Position numbers and translations under genes: made by a program
NCBI RefSeq assembly: GCF_028641065.1
Contig: NC_073384.1
Coordinates: forward strand, 61,256,001-61,320,000
Source: Leucoraja erinacea
Lineage: Eukaryota
Direction of reading: 5' to 3'
DNA length: 64,000 nt
Notes under the pieces: model-generated
Seen by the model: the letters and a program-made list of their open reading frames with translations, nothing else
Database searches by the model: none
Told to the model about the DNA's origin: nothing
In this document: positions 36,500 through 49,509 of the stretch, in pieces
Numbering within the stretch: the first letter of the stretch is position 1
Layout: each line of letters begins with the position of its first letter

Positions 36500-36800
36500 A
36501 AAGATAAGAAGCACCAAGTAGGGATGAGGAGCTCCGTTTTCAGATTGACAATCCTTGATCAGTGGGGTCCACAGGGACTGAAAATGTTTACAATATACGT
36601 TCATGACTTAGAGGAAGGAAGTATGATGAGCAAATTTGCAGATAACACAAAAATAGGTTGGAAGACAAGTTGCAAGGAAGACGCAAACTGTTTACAGAGC
36701 AATGTTGATAGGTTATGTGGGGGAGCAAGCAATGACAAATGGAGTTTCATGTCATGAAATTGTTAATTTGCGAAGGAAGGAAGGAAGGAAAAAGGGATAT
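36500..36800 (+). mobile_element. Old CR1 RT fragment
   Basis: GPQG..MFTIYVHDLEEG..SKFADNTKIG. Confidence 0.8.
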
Positions 36801-36941
36801 TTGTATTTAAATAGTGGAAAAGTGAATAGTGAACAGTGAATGCATTACGATTCAGATACAGCTTTGGAAACTGCAACCAATGATGAGACCACTGTCATCT
36901 ATGTTTCACAGGGGGAATAACCTAATATATTCTGATGGTAG

Positions 36942-38482
36942 TTGAGTAGGATTGATGAGGTTTTACCATGCAGCATGCATTGAAATCCATTGCTGCCAAC
37001 CAAGAAGCTAATGAGAGAGAGCTGAGCCCACTGAAACATCATTTTCAGTTATTATACAAGATAGATTAATACCTCTGCATTTTTGTCACCTGTGGTTTAC
37101 TGGCAAATATTAAACCAACAAACTCAATGTTTTAAGGTCCAAAATAAAGCACAAACTAATTTAAAACAAGTTCCCGATGCAAAAGAAAAGTGAATATAAT
37201 CCAGACAAATCTATTAGAGAAAAAGAATCAGGTGTAGGTCTCAAAAGCAGGTTAAGGGAGCAGAATAAGTGCTATAAATGGTGGGCACGGCAGGGCCTGG
37301 CTGTTAGTCAGCTTGTCAAACAGAGTGACTGCTAGTGTCAGAAAACCATTATGAAAATCTGAAAAACTATACTTGTTCCACAGCAAGCCTGGTCACAAAT
37401 ATTATTTTTCCCCACTCCACCTCACCCTCATCTCTACTTTTTAACATTAACGTACTTTTTTCTCTTCAATACCCTACTTGAGAAGTAATTCTCCTTGCAT
37501 CGGGTACCGCATTCTCTGGGGCCTTCAAGCCACAATGTTGTCAACATCAAGGCCAATGATGGATATTTTGCTTGAGAAATGGACAATGTGCCTGCCTGGA
37601 TGCTCTGCTTCTGTTCCGACAGGGTGCTCACTTTATTATTTTATACCAAGGAATAAAAATCAAGGTCTAAATCTCTGCATCCATTGTGATTATCTCCAGG
37701 AGGAATCCATTCCTACATTTCAGGTAAATACTCTAAAGTTAATGCATCTCTGAGTACCTACACTGCAATGTTATTCTAGTTACAAGGCCATCCTACTTCC
37801 CTCCCTCTGTTTGCTAATTTCAACTCGTTTCACTCCTGCATTGCTGACGTGAATCACAGATTGCCTGCAGTTGAAAACTGAGTTCAGCAAATAGTTTAAA
37901 TGCAAATGTGCAGACTACATAATACTAACGCAGCATGCATTTAGAGGTGCTGCTGACACGGCAAAAAGCAATATGGAAGGAATGATTTCATGAAATCACT
38001 CACTCAGCAAGAAACACAATTTAAAAAAAAAGATTAACCTGAACTTTTAGATATCACATATTAAAAGTTCAATTTAATTACCATACCAATGCTGGAAAGA
38101 TAACAAGGTGCTCTTCTTTTAGTAAGCGTTTTGATTAAGCTAAGACCATTATGCAACTTTATTTTACAGGCCATTTTAAAACAAGTTCCAATGCATCATT
38201 TTATCACTATATGCAGAAAATGTATTTAAGAAGCTTATGGGCCATTTCACCAGACATCAATTAAAAAGAAAATAGGTGAGCTGTATTCAAGTTTACTATC
38301 ATAATGATAATGTCAAACATTTTCCAAGAAATTGTTTTCAAGGTGGGACATCATAATAATGAATTCCATGGTACTACACTAATGAAGTTTCAGTGGGCTC
38401 AGCTCTCTCTCATTAGCTTCTTGTTTGGCAGCAATGGGTTTCAATGCATGCTGCATGGTAAAACCTCATCAATCCTACTCAA
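36942..38482. repeat. Long-range inverted repeat: 102-bp arms (3 mismatches), 1337-bp spacer
   Basis: 36942-37043 versus the reverse complement of 38381-38482; weaker similarity continues about 40 bp outward. Confidence 0.95.
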
Positions 38483-39599
38483 AACTACTATTTAGGTAAT
38501 TTCCCCTGAACATTTAATTGGATTTGTCATTTAAAAAAACTATACAGCCCTAGGTTTGGCTTCTCCTGTAAATAGTATAAACTCAAGCTCAAAATAAAAA
38601 ATCTTGTTTAGTGTAGGTGTGAATCTTGTTCAGTGAAAGTTGAATGGACTGCTATGAATGCGATGGATGTGAGGATTGGATTAAATAAAATAGGAGTTGT
38701 TGATGCAGAGATCAAGGAATCAGGACCCCCCCCCCCATATTATAGATTTATAGCTCTGGCAATGCACTCACTACTGCCTATGATTCTTCTGGTCGCTCAT
38801 CTTCTTGTTCATTTTCTTCTCCACTTCTCGCCTTTGGAATCATTAGCACAACTCACTTTGAACAGTTGCATTGTGCAGCCCCATGCAGTAAACAATCGAC
38901 TCTCAATCCTCTTCCAGAATGCATTAAACTACCAACCAGCTCACATCAAATAGCTGAAACATTGCTTGAAGACACTAATGGTTTTCTTAATGACCATAGA
39001 TGATACATAACACATATTAATTTGGAGCTCAGCATCAAAATCTTGATACCCGAGAGGATCATTTGCCAGTTTTTCGAATATACACGATTTGAATCTTCAG
39101 GTTAATCTTCTTATGAACTCATAATTATATTTGAAATAAAAAAAGTATGCATATAAGTATGGTAATTATAAGAATAAAATTTAATGAATGGAATAATAAT
39201 CTGCAAGAAAATAATGGATAGATGCATTGATAGATTGGAGTTTAAACCTTGCTGTAGAACTAATAGTACTTAATCAATACTATACAACTCTGAATTTGCC
39301 AAAACGCTTGGTTCTGACCTGCACTGTAATGAATTGTTTAATGTAAAAATGATGCAAATATGATATTTTCTAAAATTAAATCTTCTTGTTGTCCCTTGTG
39401 GAGCCAGGCTAAGTGTCTTTCCATAAACAGACATATTACTATTTGATCATGTAACAAGAAGTATAGGTCTATCAACAATTTTGCAGCAATCTGGACAAAA
39501 TTTCAAGAGCGCACTTGAAATCCCCCCCCCCCCCCCCCCCCCCCCCTCCCGAAATTGTGTTACCTAGTGAGGCGAGGCGAAAACAACCTCATCGGGACT

Positions 39600-39917
39600 T
39601 CTAGTCATGTCAAGTTTATTCGTCACATACACATACAAGATGTGCAGTGAAATGAAAAGTGGAAATGCTCACGAATTGTGCAAACAAACAAACAAACAAA
39701 CTACAAACAGAATCACATATTCACATATTACATATTTGTGGGAGGGAAGAAAAAGGAAAAAAACAACAATTTTAAAAAGAACAGCATTTAAAATGGTACA
39801 GTAAAGTTAGTCCCTGGAGAGATAGGAGTTTACAGTCCTAATGGCCTCTGGGAAGAAACTCCTTCTCATCCTCTCCGTTCTCACAGCATGGCAACGGAGG
39901 CGTTTGCCTGACCGTAT
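39600..39917 (-). mobile_element. Rex-Babar LINE 3' end
   Basis: RSGKRLRCHAVRTERMRRSFFPEAIRTVN and tail catttcactgcac...aataaacttgac. Confidence 0.8.
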
Positions 39918-41099
39918 GACCAATCGGTGGCTTGAATTTGGCTCCTGCGGCTGGGGCTCTGAAACTCTGGCTCAGTTGAAGCCAGCATATCCATTCATAT
40001 AGCCTTCTGCTGCCGATCGGTGGGTTGAATTTGCCCCCCTGCAGACAGGGCCCTGGAACTCCAGCCTGGTTGGAGCCGGCAGATCCGTTTGCCACAGCTG
40101 ACTTCCGAGGCCGACTTTGTGGCCGGTATCTCGGCCTCTAGTGGCCTAGGTGGACTGCTCCGGTACCGTTTGATTCTTCTCAGAGGCCATGACCTCTATC
40201 GGTGCCATTAAATTATTCTCATTTAAGAGGATTCTTGTGCAGCTTTGAAATTGTTACTCCCAGTGCAGCTCTTATGATTATTTCATTGCTATATAGAATA
40301 GGATGTCATGCTGGTGTAACTCAGCAAGTTTAGCAGCATCTCTGGAGTAAATGGATAGGTGATGGTTCGGGTTGGGACCCTTCCTCAGCCCATTCTATTT
40401 ATTTTCTTTACAATCATTAAATGCTCTACCTTCATTTTACATTCAGCCAAAAGCTTAATCCAGTTCAAATAAGTCATGAAACAGACTGAATAGAGAAAAT
40501 AAAATCTTTAAGGTTGCTTTCAGTGGGTGAACTTTGCTGTAGAATTATTAAATATTTAACAAAGGCTATATCACAGCATTGAATTTGCCTATTAGTCATC
40601 TATCAATATAGACCAAGCAAAGACTCAGTCAGTTCAGGTATGAGCAATGGACCCCCCCCCCCCCCCCCCCCACCCCACCATATCATCAAAATTCATTTCA
40701 GCTTACATGGCAAACCTCCTAATTAAATAATAATAACCTTTGTTTTCAATTTGTGAGATATGGAATTCTAAGTCCATAGAAATAAGAGATAACCAAGGTG
40801 ATTACTTTGTTTACTTATTAATGTTTACTTATTGTAATTAGATACACAAATTTACATTGTGTCAGACAATATATTAAAACATTCCCTTTGAAGCAAAAAA
40901 TCTTTGTTTTAGGTCTAAATTTACATATTGTAGAAGTGTCAGAAAGAAATGTTATCAGACCAAATGTATGAAAGAAGAAAGATACTTGATCAAAGATGGA
41001 ATCCAGGACAAAATCCAAATGTAATATTTTATTTATCATGTCTGTACAACAGCAGAGCCATACCTCATTCATGGAATACATTGGGTGAATGCATAGTAT

Positions 41100-41240
41100 A
41101 TATTTCTTTCCCAGGTTGGAAAATCAAGAACTAGAAGGCATAGATCAATGGAGATAGTGGAAAGATTTAATAGGAACATGAGGGGCAACAATTTTCACAC
41201 AGGGAGTGGTGAGTACATGAAATGAATGCCAGAGGAAATG
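41100..41240 (+). mobile_element. CR1 3' fragment
   Basis: TRRHR...FTQGVVST.NE remnant. Confidence 0.7.
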
Positions 41241-41244
41241 TTTG

Positions 41245-43081
41245 GCCCATCACTTATTTATTTGCCTCAGTACTCCACAATTTTTGATTTGTAATAGAAA
41301 ATAATCACATGTGGTTAAAGTGCACATTGTCAAATTTTAATAAAGGTCATTTTTATACATTTTGGTTTCACCATGTAGAAATTACAGCTGCGTTTATACA
41401 TAGTCCCCCCATTTCAGGGCACCATAATGTTTGGGACACAGCAATGCCATGTAAATGAAAGTAGTCATGTTTAGTATTTTGTTGCCTATCCTTTGCATGC
41501 AATGACTACTTGAAGTCTGTGATTCATGGACATCATCAGTTGCTGGGTGTCTTCTCTGGTGATACTCTGCCAGGCCTGTATTGCAGCCATCTTTAGCTTT
41601 TACTTATTTTGAGCACTGGTCCCCTTCAGATTTCTCTTCAGCATATAAAAGGCATGCTCAATTGGGTTCAGATCGGGTGATTGACTTGGCTGCTCAAGAA
41701 TTTACCATTTTTTTAGTTTTGAAAAACTCCTTTGTTGCTTTAGCAGTATGTTTGGGATCATTGTCTTGCTGTAGAATGAACTGCTGGCAAATGAGTTTTG
41801 AGGCATTTGCTTTAACTTGAGCAGATAGGATGTGTCTATACACTTCAGAATTCATTATGCTACTACCATCAGCAGTTATATCATCAATGAAGATAAGTGA
41901 GCCAGTACCTTCAGCAGCCATACATGCCCAAGCCATAACACCCCCACTACCGTGTTTCACAGATGAGGTGGTATGCTTTGGATCTTGGGCAGTTCCTTCT
42001 CTCCTCCATACTTTGCTCTTGCAATCACTCTGATCTCATCTGTCCACAAGACCTTTTTCCAGAACTGTGGTTGCCCTTTTTAGTACCTTTTGGCAAACTG
42101 TAACCTGGCCATCCTATTTTTGCGGCTAACCAGTGGTTTGCATCTTGCAGTGTAGCCTCTGTATTTCTGTTCATGAAGTCTTCTGCGGACAGTGGCCATT
42201 GACAAATGCACACCTGAATCCTGAAGAGTGCTTCTGATCTGTCGGACAGGTGATTTTAGGGATTTTTCTTTCTTATAGAGATAATTATTCTGTCATCAGC
42301 TGTGGAGATCTGCCTTGGCCTGCCAGTCCCTTTGTGATCAGTAAGCTCACCAGTGCTATATTTCTTCTTAATGATGTTCAAAACAGTTGATTTTGGTAAG
42401 CCTAAGGATTGGCTGATGCCCTCTAACAGTTGTATTATTGGTTCTCAGTCTCATAATGGCTTCTTTGACTTTCATTGGCACAACTTTGGTCCTCATGTTG
42501 AGAAACAGCAATAAAAGTTTCCAAATGTGATGGAAAGCCTGGAGGAAAGACTAGGTGCTGAGAGCTCTCTTATACCTGCATTAAGGATGCATTTAAACAC
42601 ACCCGAGCAATTACAAACACCTGTGAAGCCATGTGTCCCAAACATTATGGTGCCCTGAAATGGTGGAGCTATGTATAAACAGCTATAATTTCTACATGGT
42701 GAAACTAAAATTATCTTAGGATAGCTTCTAAAGTACTGACTCCTGCAGCCACAAACATATTACTGGCACTACACCATCTAGGTTGCCTTAGCAGTGTTCT
42801 CATGGCATAGTTATATGCCACCTTTAGTCTCTGTAGACTTGTCTTTAAATAGTTCGACCACAGGTGCGCAGTGTAGAGTGGTGTGCAGTATGCTCTAAAT
42901 AGCGACATCTTCGCCACATCTGCACACGCACCAAATTTACGCAAATGGTCTTTATTAAAATCTGATAATGTGCTCTTTAACCACATGGGATTTTTTTTTC
43001 TATTACAAATCTCGAATTGTGGAGTACAGAGACAAATAAATAAATTATGGGTCTTTGTCCCAAACATTATGGAGGGCATTG
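41245..43081 (-). mobile_element. Tc1-family DNA transposon, decayed, with long IR/DR-type TIRs
   Basis: KHGSGGVMAW, QQDNDPKHT, PSQSPDLNPIEH (DD34E-type); TIRs of about 200 bp with internal DR tgtcccaaacattatgg; right end followed by TA; outer left end missing. Confidence 0.93.
42712..42942 (-). mobile_element. Internal LINE fragment (RTE-X-like) inserted in the Tc1 TIR
   Basis: Open frame KMSLFRAYCTPLYTAHLWSNY..SLQRLKVAYN.AMR.LL..PRWCSAS.MFV. Confidence 0.7.
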
Positions 43082-43087
43082 TAGATA

Positions 43088-43470
43088 GTAATAATAATAA
43101 TAATAACAATAATAATAATAAGTTTATTTATATAGCATATTTATAGTCAATTTTCATTGACCCCAAAGTGCTTTACATAATTTAAAAATCAGTTCCATAC
43201 AAAGCATAAAGATGGGTTAACAAAATAATAAAATGCATAAACAGGACACAACATGTAACATAAACATCCACCACAGCATTCATCACTGTGGTGGAAGGCA
43301 CAAAAAATTTTGGCCGTCCTCCTCCTTTCCCCCCCCCCCCCCCCCCCCCCCCGTGGACAAGACCAGAGTCCAGTCCAGTCCAGGATCGGTCTTTCCTCAC
43401 CGGAGACCGCGGCTTCAAGATTGTGTAGGCCGCAGGCCGGCGGTTGAGATTTAAAGTCCCCGCCGCAGCC
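43088..43470 (-). mobile_element. 5'-truncated CpG-rich non-autonomous retroposon with L2-type tail
   Basis: Minus strand tgtaaagcactttggggtcaatg...ctatataaataaa then (tta)n; shares hairpin ccaccacag..ctgtggtgg with 50257-51099. Confidence 0.7.
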
Positions 43471-43799
43471 AGATAGGAAAGGTTTAGAGGGATACAGGCA
43501 CATGGGAGAAGCTTAGATGGAGCATCTTTGTACGCATGGGCAAATTGGGTTGAAGGGCCTTTTTCTGTGTTGTCTGACAATTGCACAACATGTTTACGCT
43601 GCCTTGCATTCTGACATGGTGAGATGGTTGCTATTGACATCATGGAAGTAATGGCCTGAGTGTGGCATCAAGACCCTAATTAAAACGTAAATTATTAAAA
43701 ATCAATGGGGGTAAATCTCCATCAATTGAAATCATATCTAGCATAAGGTGGGATAGTTGTGATTGCCAGAGGCTATTCTTAGCTCTGGAAACTGCTAAG

Positions 43800-44010
43800 A
43801 GAGTTCCGGACCAAGCTAGAGATCCTTAGTTTGTGGCAAGGCTTGCACACCATAATGGGCCAGAAAGTGAAGGTGGCATTCCGGCTGGCGTCAATGGGTC
43901 CATCCCTAATGAACTCACTGTGTTCTACACCCACTTTGAAGAGAATGTTGTTGGGGCTACATCACCTGCCCAGTCTTGGGTGTGTCTGCACCAACTGTGG
44001 CAGACGTAAG
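43800..44010 (+). mobile_element. Rex-Babar internal fragment
   Basis: LWQGLHTI..; PNELTVFYTHFE (LPDELN.FY.RFE-like). Confidence 0.6.
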
Positions 44011-44216
44011 ATTTGGTGGAGTAAGGGCAAGGTGGAGTAAGGGCAATTGCCCAGTAGGTAGTTAGAGTGAAGAATTAACTGCAGTTTTCAATGGCAGGAA
44101 TCAAGTGCAAAGGATTTATTTGCGGTATTGCAGAAAGTTCAATGTGATGACCTCACATATGTGGTCAAGGTTCAGTCCAAATCCCCCATACAGCAATGTC
44201 ACATGTGTCAGGGTAA

Positions 44217-44432
44217 TGCCCCTGTCCCACTTCGGAAACCTGAACGGAAACCTCTGGAGACTTTGAGCCCCGCCCAAGGTTTCCGTGCAGTTCCCGGAGG
44301 TTGCAGGAGGTTGCAGGTAGTGGAAACAGGTAGGGAGACTGACAAAAACCTCTGGGAACCGCACGGAAACCTTGGGTGGAGCGCAAAGTCTCCAGAGGTT
44401 TCCGTTCAGGTTGCCTAAGTGGGACAGGGGCA
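44217..44432. mobile_element. PIF/Harbinger-type MITE, largely palindromic
   Basis: TIRs tgcccctgtcccactt extending about 85 bp; TAA TSD at 44214 and 44433. Confidence 0.92.
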
Positions 44433-44754
44433 TAAGGCACACAAGCAACATTTCCAAGCCACATATTATTCAATCAAGAATCAGCCAGGTTCACTGATAC
44501 ACATTTTGTGTATGATAACGGCCTGGCAAATAGATGCAATGAACTGACCGGGAAGAGACAGAGCCCCAGCTATTCATCTTCTGGCAAAGTCACCATCTTT
44601 GCCATGCCTGTGGCCGATGGTAGCAGAAATCAGAGAAATCTAATCTTGTTTGTTACAACCCACTACTTCAGCATACAATCTTTTCCCATTTTATCATCCG
44701 CAGATTATGTAAGATTATACATATTCACCTCCACCCTACTTTATCCTTCACACA

Positions 44755-44878
44755 AAAGGGTTTCGGCCCGAAACGTTGCCTATTTCCTTCGCTCCATAGA
44801 TGCTGCTGCACCCGCTGAGTTTCTCCAGCTTTTCTTTGTAACCTTCGATTCTCCAGCATCTGCAGTTCCCTCTTAAAC
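44755..44878 (+). mobile_element. Penelope terminal unit
   Basis: aagggtttcggcccgaaacgttgcctatttcc...ccagcatctgcagttcc. Confidence 0.85.
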
Positions 44879-46320
44879 ACAACCATGCTATTCTGCTTTA
44901 CTTATTTTCGTCCAACCAAGAACTACAACCTAGTAACTAATGACTGATAAGCAAGGGATTGAAACGGGATTGGGGGGTACTAACTATAAGGAGACATTGG
45001 ACAAACTTGTGCATTTATCACCAGAGCGTGGGAGGCAGCGGAGTAGCCAGATTCAGTTTATTATTATTGTCATGTATAATGGACAGAAGGAAAGCACAAC
45101 ATCGGCAATAAACTCAACTAAAGCAAGGAAAATTAAAAATAAAGGCATAAAGTTCATGGAATCTCACTCCAAAAGTAATAGTTGAGATGTTCACCCACAC
45201 TCAGCCTTATCTCGGAAGTCTGGGTCTGCTACGAATTTAGAATCTTGCTTTAAATATTCCTTGGAGCTGTGCTCATCACTGTAATACATAGTCTAAGTGT
45301 GAAACATATGGATTAAGCTTGTAGCGTTCGGTATCAATTGATACCATGTAATATTGAGCCCTGCTTATGTTCTGAATTTATATTTATTTCTTTCATGTGT
45401 CACACTTGTACTCCCCTTCAACGATGTTTGAAGCAAACTATGAACCAGCTGATAAAATAAGCCCAGAAAAGAACCATTAAAGCTGCTTCATTTCACAGCA
45501 AATTAACCCACAATGTGTGTGTTATCATTGGATTTACTTTAACTCAACCACAAGAATTAGTCTTCTTACTGTATAATATAAAATAATCTTAGTGGGTCAC
45601 CTTGCTGCACATAAACACAAAATATAACTTTATTCCCACGTACAGCACCACACTTTTGTCTGAAAACATTTTTGAATTTGAGTTAATCATTTTTGGCTAT
45701 ATATATCTCTTGCAAAATGTTATACGTTCACAGCCGAAATAATGAGCCTATGTTAGTCATGCGTTGCCAAATAGCTGTCTCCACACAATGCAATATGCAG
45801 TGGTGATTGATTATGGATATCAAAAAACAAATTGTTTATTGTTTACATCACAGGGGACGCAGGTTCAAGCTACGTATTAGCCAGTAAAATGCCTAGAAGT
45901 GATTTCTAGGCATGCCTGGCATTCTGATGGAAATCACTGGATTTCCAGGACCTTGATGTATGAGCAGATCCGACAAATTGGTGGTGTGGAACAAAACTTG
46001 CTATATTCACGATCAACGAAGCTGTCAAATTTCTTTACTTCAATTTTTTCCATCCAAATTCAATAGTGCAGTGCAATTGTTAATCTTGGCCAGATTGGAG
46101 AGGCTAGGACTTTAAAATGGGGTAAAAGCTTCAGGGCTGCTGGGAGATTTGGTCAATTTGGAATTGCTCTCTGCATAACTGGAACAAGCCGCAGAGTGGC
46201 GCCAGTTTGTCTAGAGCCTAGATCCAAGCTGCAGGAAAAGAATAGGAAAATCTGTAAACCATGTCAATTAGGTGCAAAATGCATAGAATGGAGTGGATGA
46301 CTGAAAGCAGACATACACCT

Positions 46321-46851
46321 TGTAAATAATTGTAGATAATGTTGCAGAGTTCTACTTTGCCGAGTATTGATTGGATGAGGTATTGAGCCTTGTCTGGTTT
46401 TCTTGCAGATCAGGGTAAATGTTGCTATGTTTGCTTCCTTGAGAAGTATTCCTGTTTGAATACAATGTATTAGCTGCTGTATTATTGGATTAGGGAAATG
46501 TCTGTTATGTATGGGGTTAATCAATATCTGTAATTGGATTTTAAAGAGACCACCCCCATGTGGTTCGGCCCCTCAAGGTCCCGGGACCTATAAAAGTCTG
46601 TTGCCACGAGGTCCCGCATAGATCTTCTGGGAGAGTGCTTGGGACTGCGTGACCTTCTGGGGTGTCTCTGTTTGAGTGAGGCCTAGGGGGCTTGAACAGG
46701 CAGATATGAGAATCGAACCCGCCGTGGTTAGGTACAGTGGTGGGAACTGTAATTGTGTTTTGTTAAAATAAAGATTAGTTGATCAAGTGCTTGATTCAGT
46801 GGTTTTTGACTGAAACTAGACTGGAGGAAAGCTTAAAACGAGCAATTTACA
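46321..46851 (+). mobile_element. Probable solo LTR
   Basis: TGTAAAT...ATTTACA termini, TATAAAA at 46589, AATAAA near 46767; no clear TSD. Confidence 0.55.
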
Positions 46852-47284
46852 CAATATTTACATGCGCTACACAATGAAATGTACATGGAAACATTCCCAG
46901 GCACACTAATATAATTTGGAAAAATATATGTAAAACATGAGCTCTTGACCATGACCAATTCTTTCATGCTATCAAATCAATTTCAGAAGGCAAGCACGGT
47001 ATATTACTCTGTGAGTAGATGCCAAATCTTGCCAACATATACCTGCCGAGTCAATGAACCACAACACCAAAATTGGGTTAACATCTCATTTTAAAATAAG
47101 AGGTGGAATCGTCAATGCTTCTCAATGCTGCACCCCCTTCCATCACCTTCTTAATGTCTATGCATTGTGATCCAAAGTCTCCCACTTATTATACGGAATT
47201 CTCTCCTCCACCATAAATGCACAGGCAATACCTCAAGGCCTACAATCGTGGTGTTACTGCAAACTAAGCAATTACATTTAATCA

Positions 47285-47410
47285 CAGTCTAAGGAAGGGT
47301 CCCGACCCAAAACGCTGCGTCAATTCCTTCCATAGATGCTGCCTGACCCACTGAGTTTCTCCCGCACTCTGTGTTTTCCCTACAAATCCAGCATTTACAG
47401 TTCCTCATGT
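47285..47410 (+). mobile_element. Penelope terminal unit
   Basis: cagtctaaggaagggtcccgacccaaaacg...gatgctgcctgacccactgag. Confidence 0.75.
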
Positions 47411-47921
47411 CTCTATCAGAGTTGATGTCATTATGTCTCACTACCAGCAGTCTTAGATTGCAGGAACAATTCCAATTGCTAATAAATCAATGTCACTGAC
47501 TGTACAGTAATTCCTGAAATTACACATGTGTTACTATTAAAGCACCTACTCAATGTAATCCCTATTTCAATAAATCAGCTAGAGATAAATGTTGCTTCCT
47601 AAAATATCTTGTACTTTTGATATCCATATATTATTCACACCTAATGAATCCTCCAACCCCTGCTTTTTTATTAGGTGACCATTGCTTATTTGCCATTGTG
47701 AGTCAGATTAGACTAATTAAAATTAAGTTGCTTCAGGATAGAAGACACAGCAAGGGGTCTATCTCAGGCATTTCAGTCATCTTTTTCAAGCCTTCCTGCA
47801 CATTGGCCAAACGTGTTTCTACTGCGTCATTGTGTAAAATATAATTAGACAATTATAAGCTGTTTAAATAATATAGGTAGAAAGATGAAGAAAGAGCCTG
47901 GGCAATGTGGTCTTCAAACAC

Positions 47922-48200
47922 AGTCATAGAGTGACACAGTGTGGAAACAGGCCCATTGGCCCAACTTGCTCACACCGGCCAACATGTCTCACCGGCCAAA
48001 ATGTCTATGTTATAAAATGTTTTTTAAACGTTGGGATAGTCCCAGCCTCAACTACCTCCTCTGGCAGCTTGTTCCATACACCCGCCACACTTTGTGTGAA
48101 AAGGTTATCCCTCGAACTCCTATTAAATCTTTTCCCCTTCACCTTGAACCTACGTCCCCTGGTTCACGATTCCCCTACTCTTGCCATTTACCTGATCTAT
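47922..48200 (-). mobile_element. CR1 3' end fragment
   Basis: FTQSVAGVWNKLPEEVVEAG on the minus strand. Confidence 0.85.
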
Positions 48201-48991
48201 TCCTTTATCACATTGCAGGAAAATAAAACATTGTAAAGCCAGGACTTGAGAAAGCCTCTTTTCGAGCTGATTTAGACTATCATTTCCATCTGAAATCCAT
48301 GGGAATTAGAAAAATGAATGTGTCATAGAAATCCAGATGTCAATCCTGATATGGATTACAATGAAATGATTGGAGAACATTTCAGAAACCCACACCATCC
48401 ACATTGAATCAATGTTTGTCTCAAATCGAGCCAGGCACTTTGGGAATACCCAAACGTATGACTAATATTTTCAAAAAGTAAGACTCTGACTAGCAATACT
48501 TTAGCCTTTATATTATATTTTGTTTTAGTTCTGCAATGAAAAGATATGATTAAAATAACATTTATCAAAAAACATTCCACAAATATCAAAGTATATCAAA
48601 TATCTAACTCAGTAAGGTACAAAATTATTATCTGAAAATATAATTTAATAATCAGTGACTATATTAATGAAGGTGAGTTAGCAATTTAAGTTATGAACAT
48701 ATGTCAATTCCGTCAGTAGATGTTTGTTTCATTGCAATAGACTTGAAATCCAAATCCAAATTTCTAAATCTGCTTCATGCTAGTCATGTTGAACCATTTC
48801 ATTTGTATTTCAAAGCCATGTACTTATTGGAGGTCAAAATACATCCGGGCCACATCTTAACCCAATGCAAATTACAACACCTCTTTCATCACAAAGAGGA
48901 ACCATTGCACATATTACATTGTACAAGTGTGGCACTGTTAATCCAAGTGAAACAATTTGGATTAGAAGATGACAAAATCTCAACACAAGAT

Positions 48992-49190
48992 AAAGGTAGC
49001 ACCGTAATGCAGCTGTTCATTCCTGACCGTGGTTACTGAGTGAAGTTCACACATTCTCTCTCTGACCATGTGGGTTTCCTCCGGGTACTCCGGTTTCCTC
49101 TCACATCCCAAAGATTAGTTAGCCTTTGTAAATTGTCCCTTGTGTGTAGGGAGTAGATACAAAGGTGGGATAACATAGAACTACTGACAA
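48992..49190 (+). mobile_element. Degenerate V-SINE
   Basis: V-domain gtgggtttcctccgggtactccggtttcctctcaca and tgtaaattgtccct. Confidence 0.8.
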
Positions 49191-49509
49191 AGGGTCGGAG
49201 CGGTGCGTTCATAATTAGAACAATATAGTTATTATTCTTCAAATTATAGTTGAGGAGAAAATTAAAAAACTTTCAACAATACTTCATACAATATAATTGA
49301 GGATTTGTTTTCCCATGTTAGGAGACAATAACATATGCAACAGAAGATTACATTTCTCATATTTCCAATATTGATGCCAAATCACAAATCTATTGGGTTT
49401 CAATTAGTTAATGTTACAGATACTGTAGATTGTGAATGACTGGCAGATTTTCAATGACCTGAAAATTCCCAAAACAAGATCTAAATCCCACTAAGACCCC
49501 ACAACTATC

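Noticed and set aside
44015-44046. Short tandem duplications (16 bp here, 13 bp near 28784)
   Set aside because: Ordinary slippage duplications in or beside decayed repeats
45888-45947. Two adjacent small hairpins; similar ones near 16314 and 24146
   Set aside because: Stems of 8-10 bp are expected by chance in 64 kb
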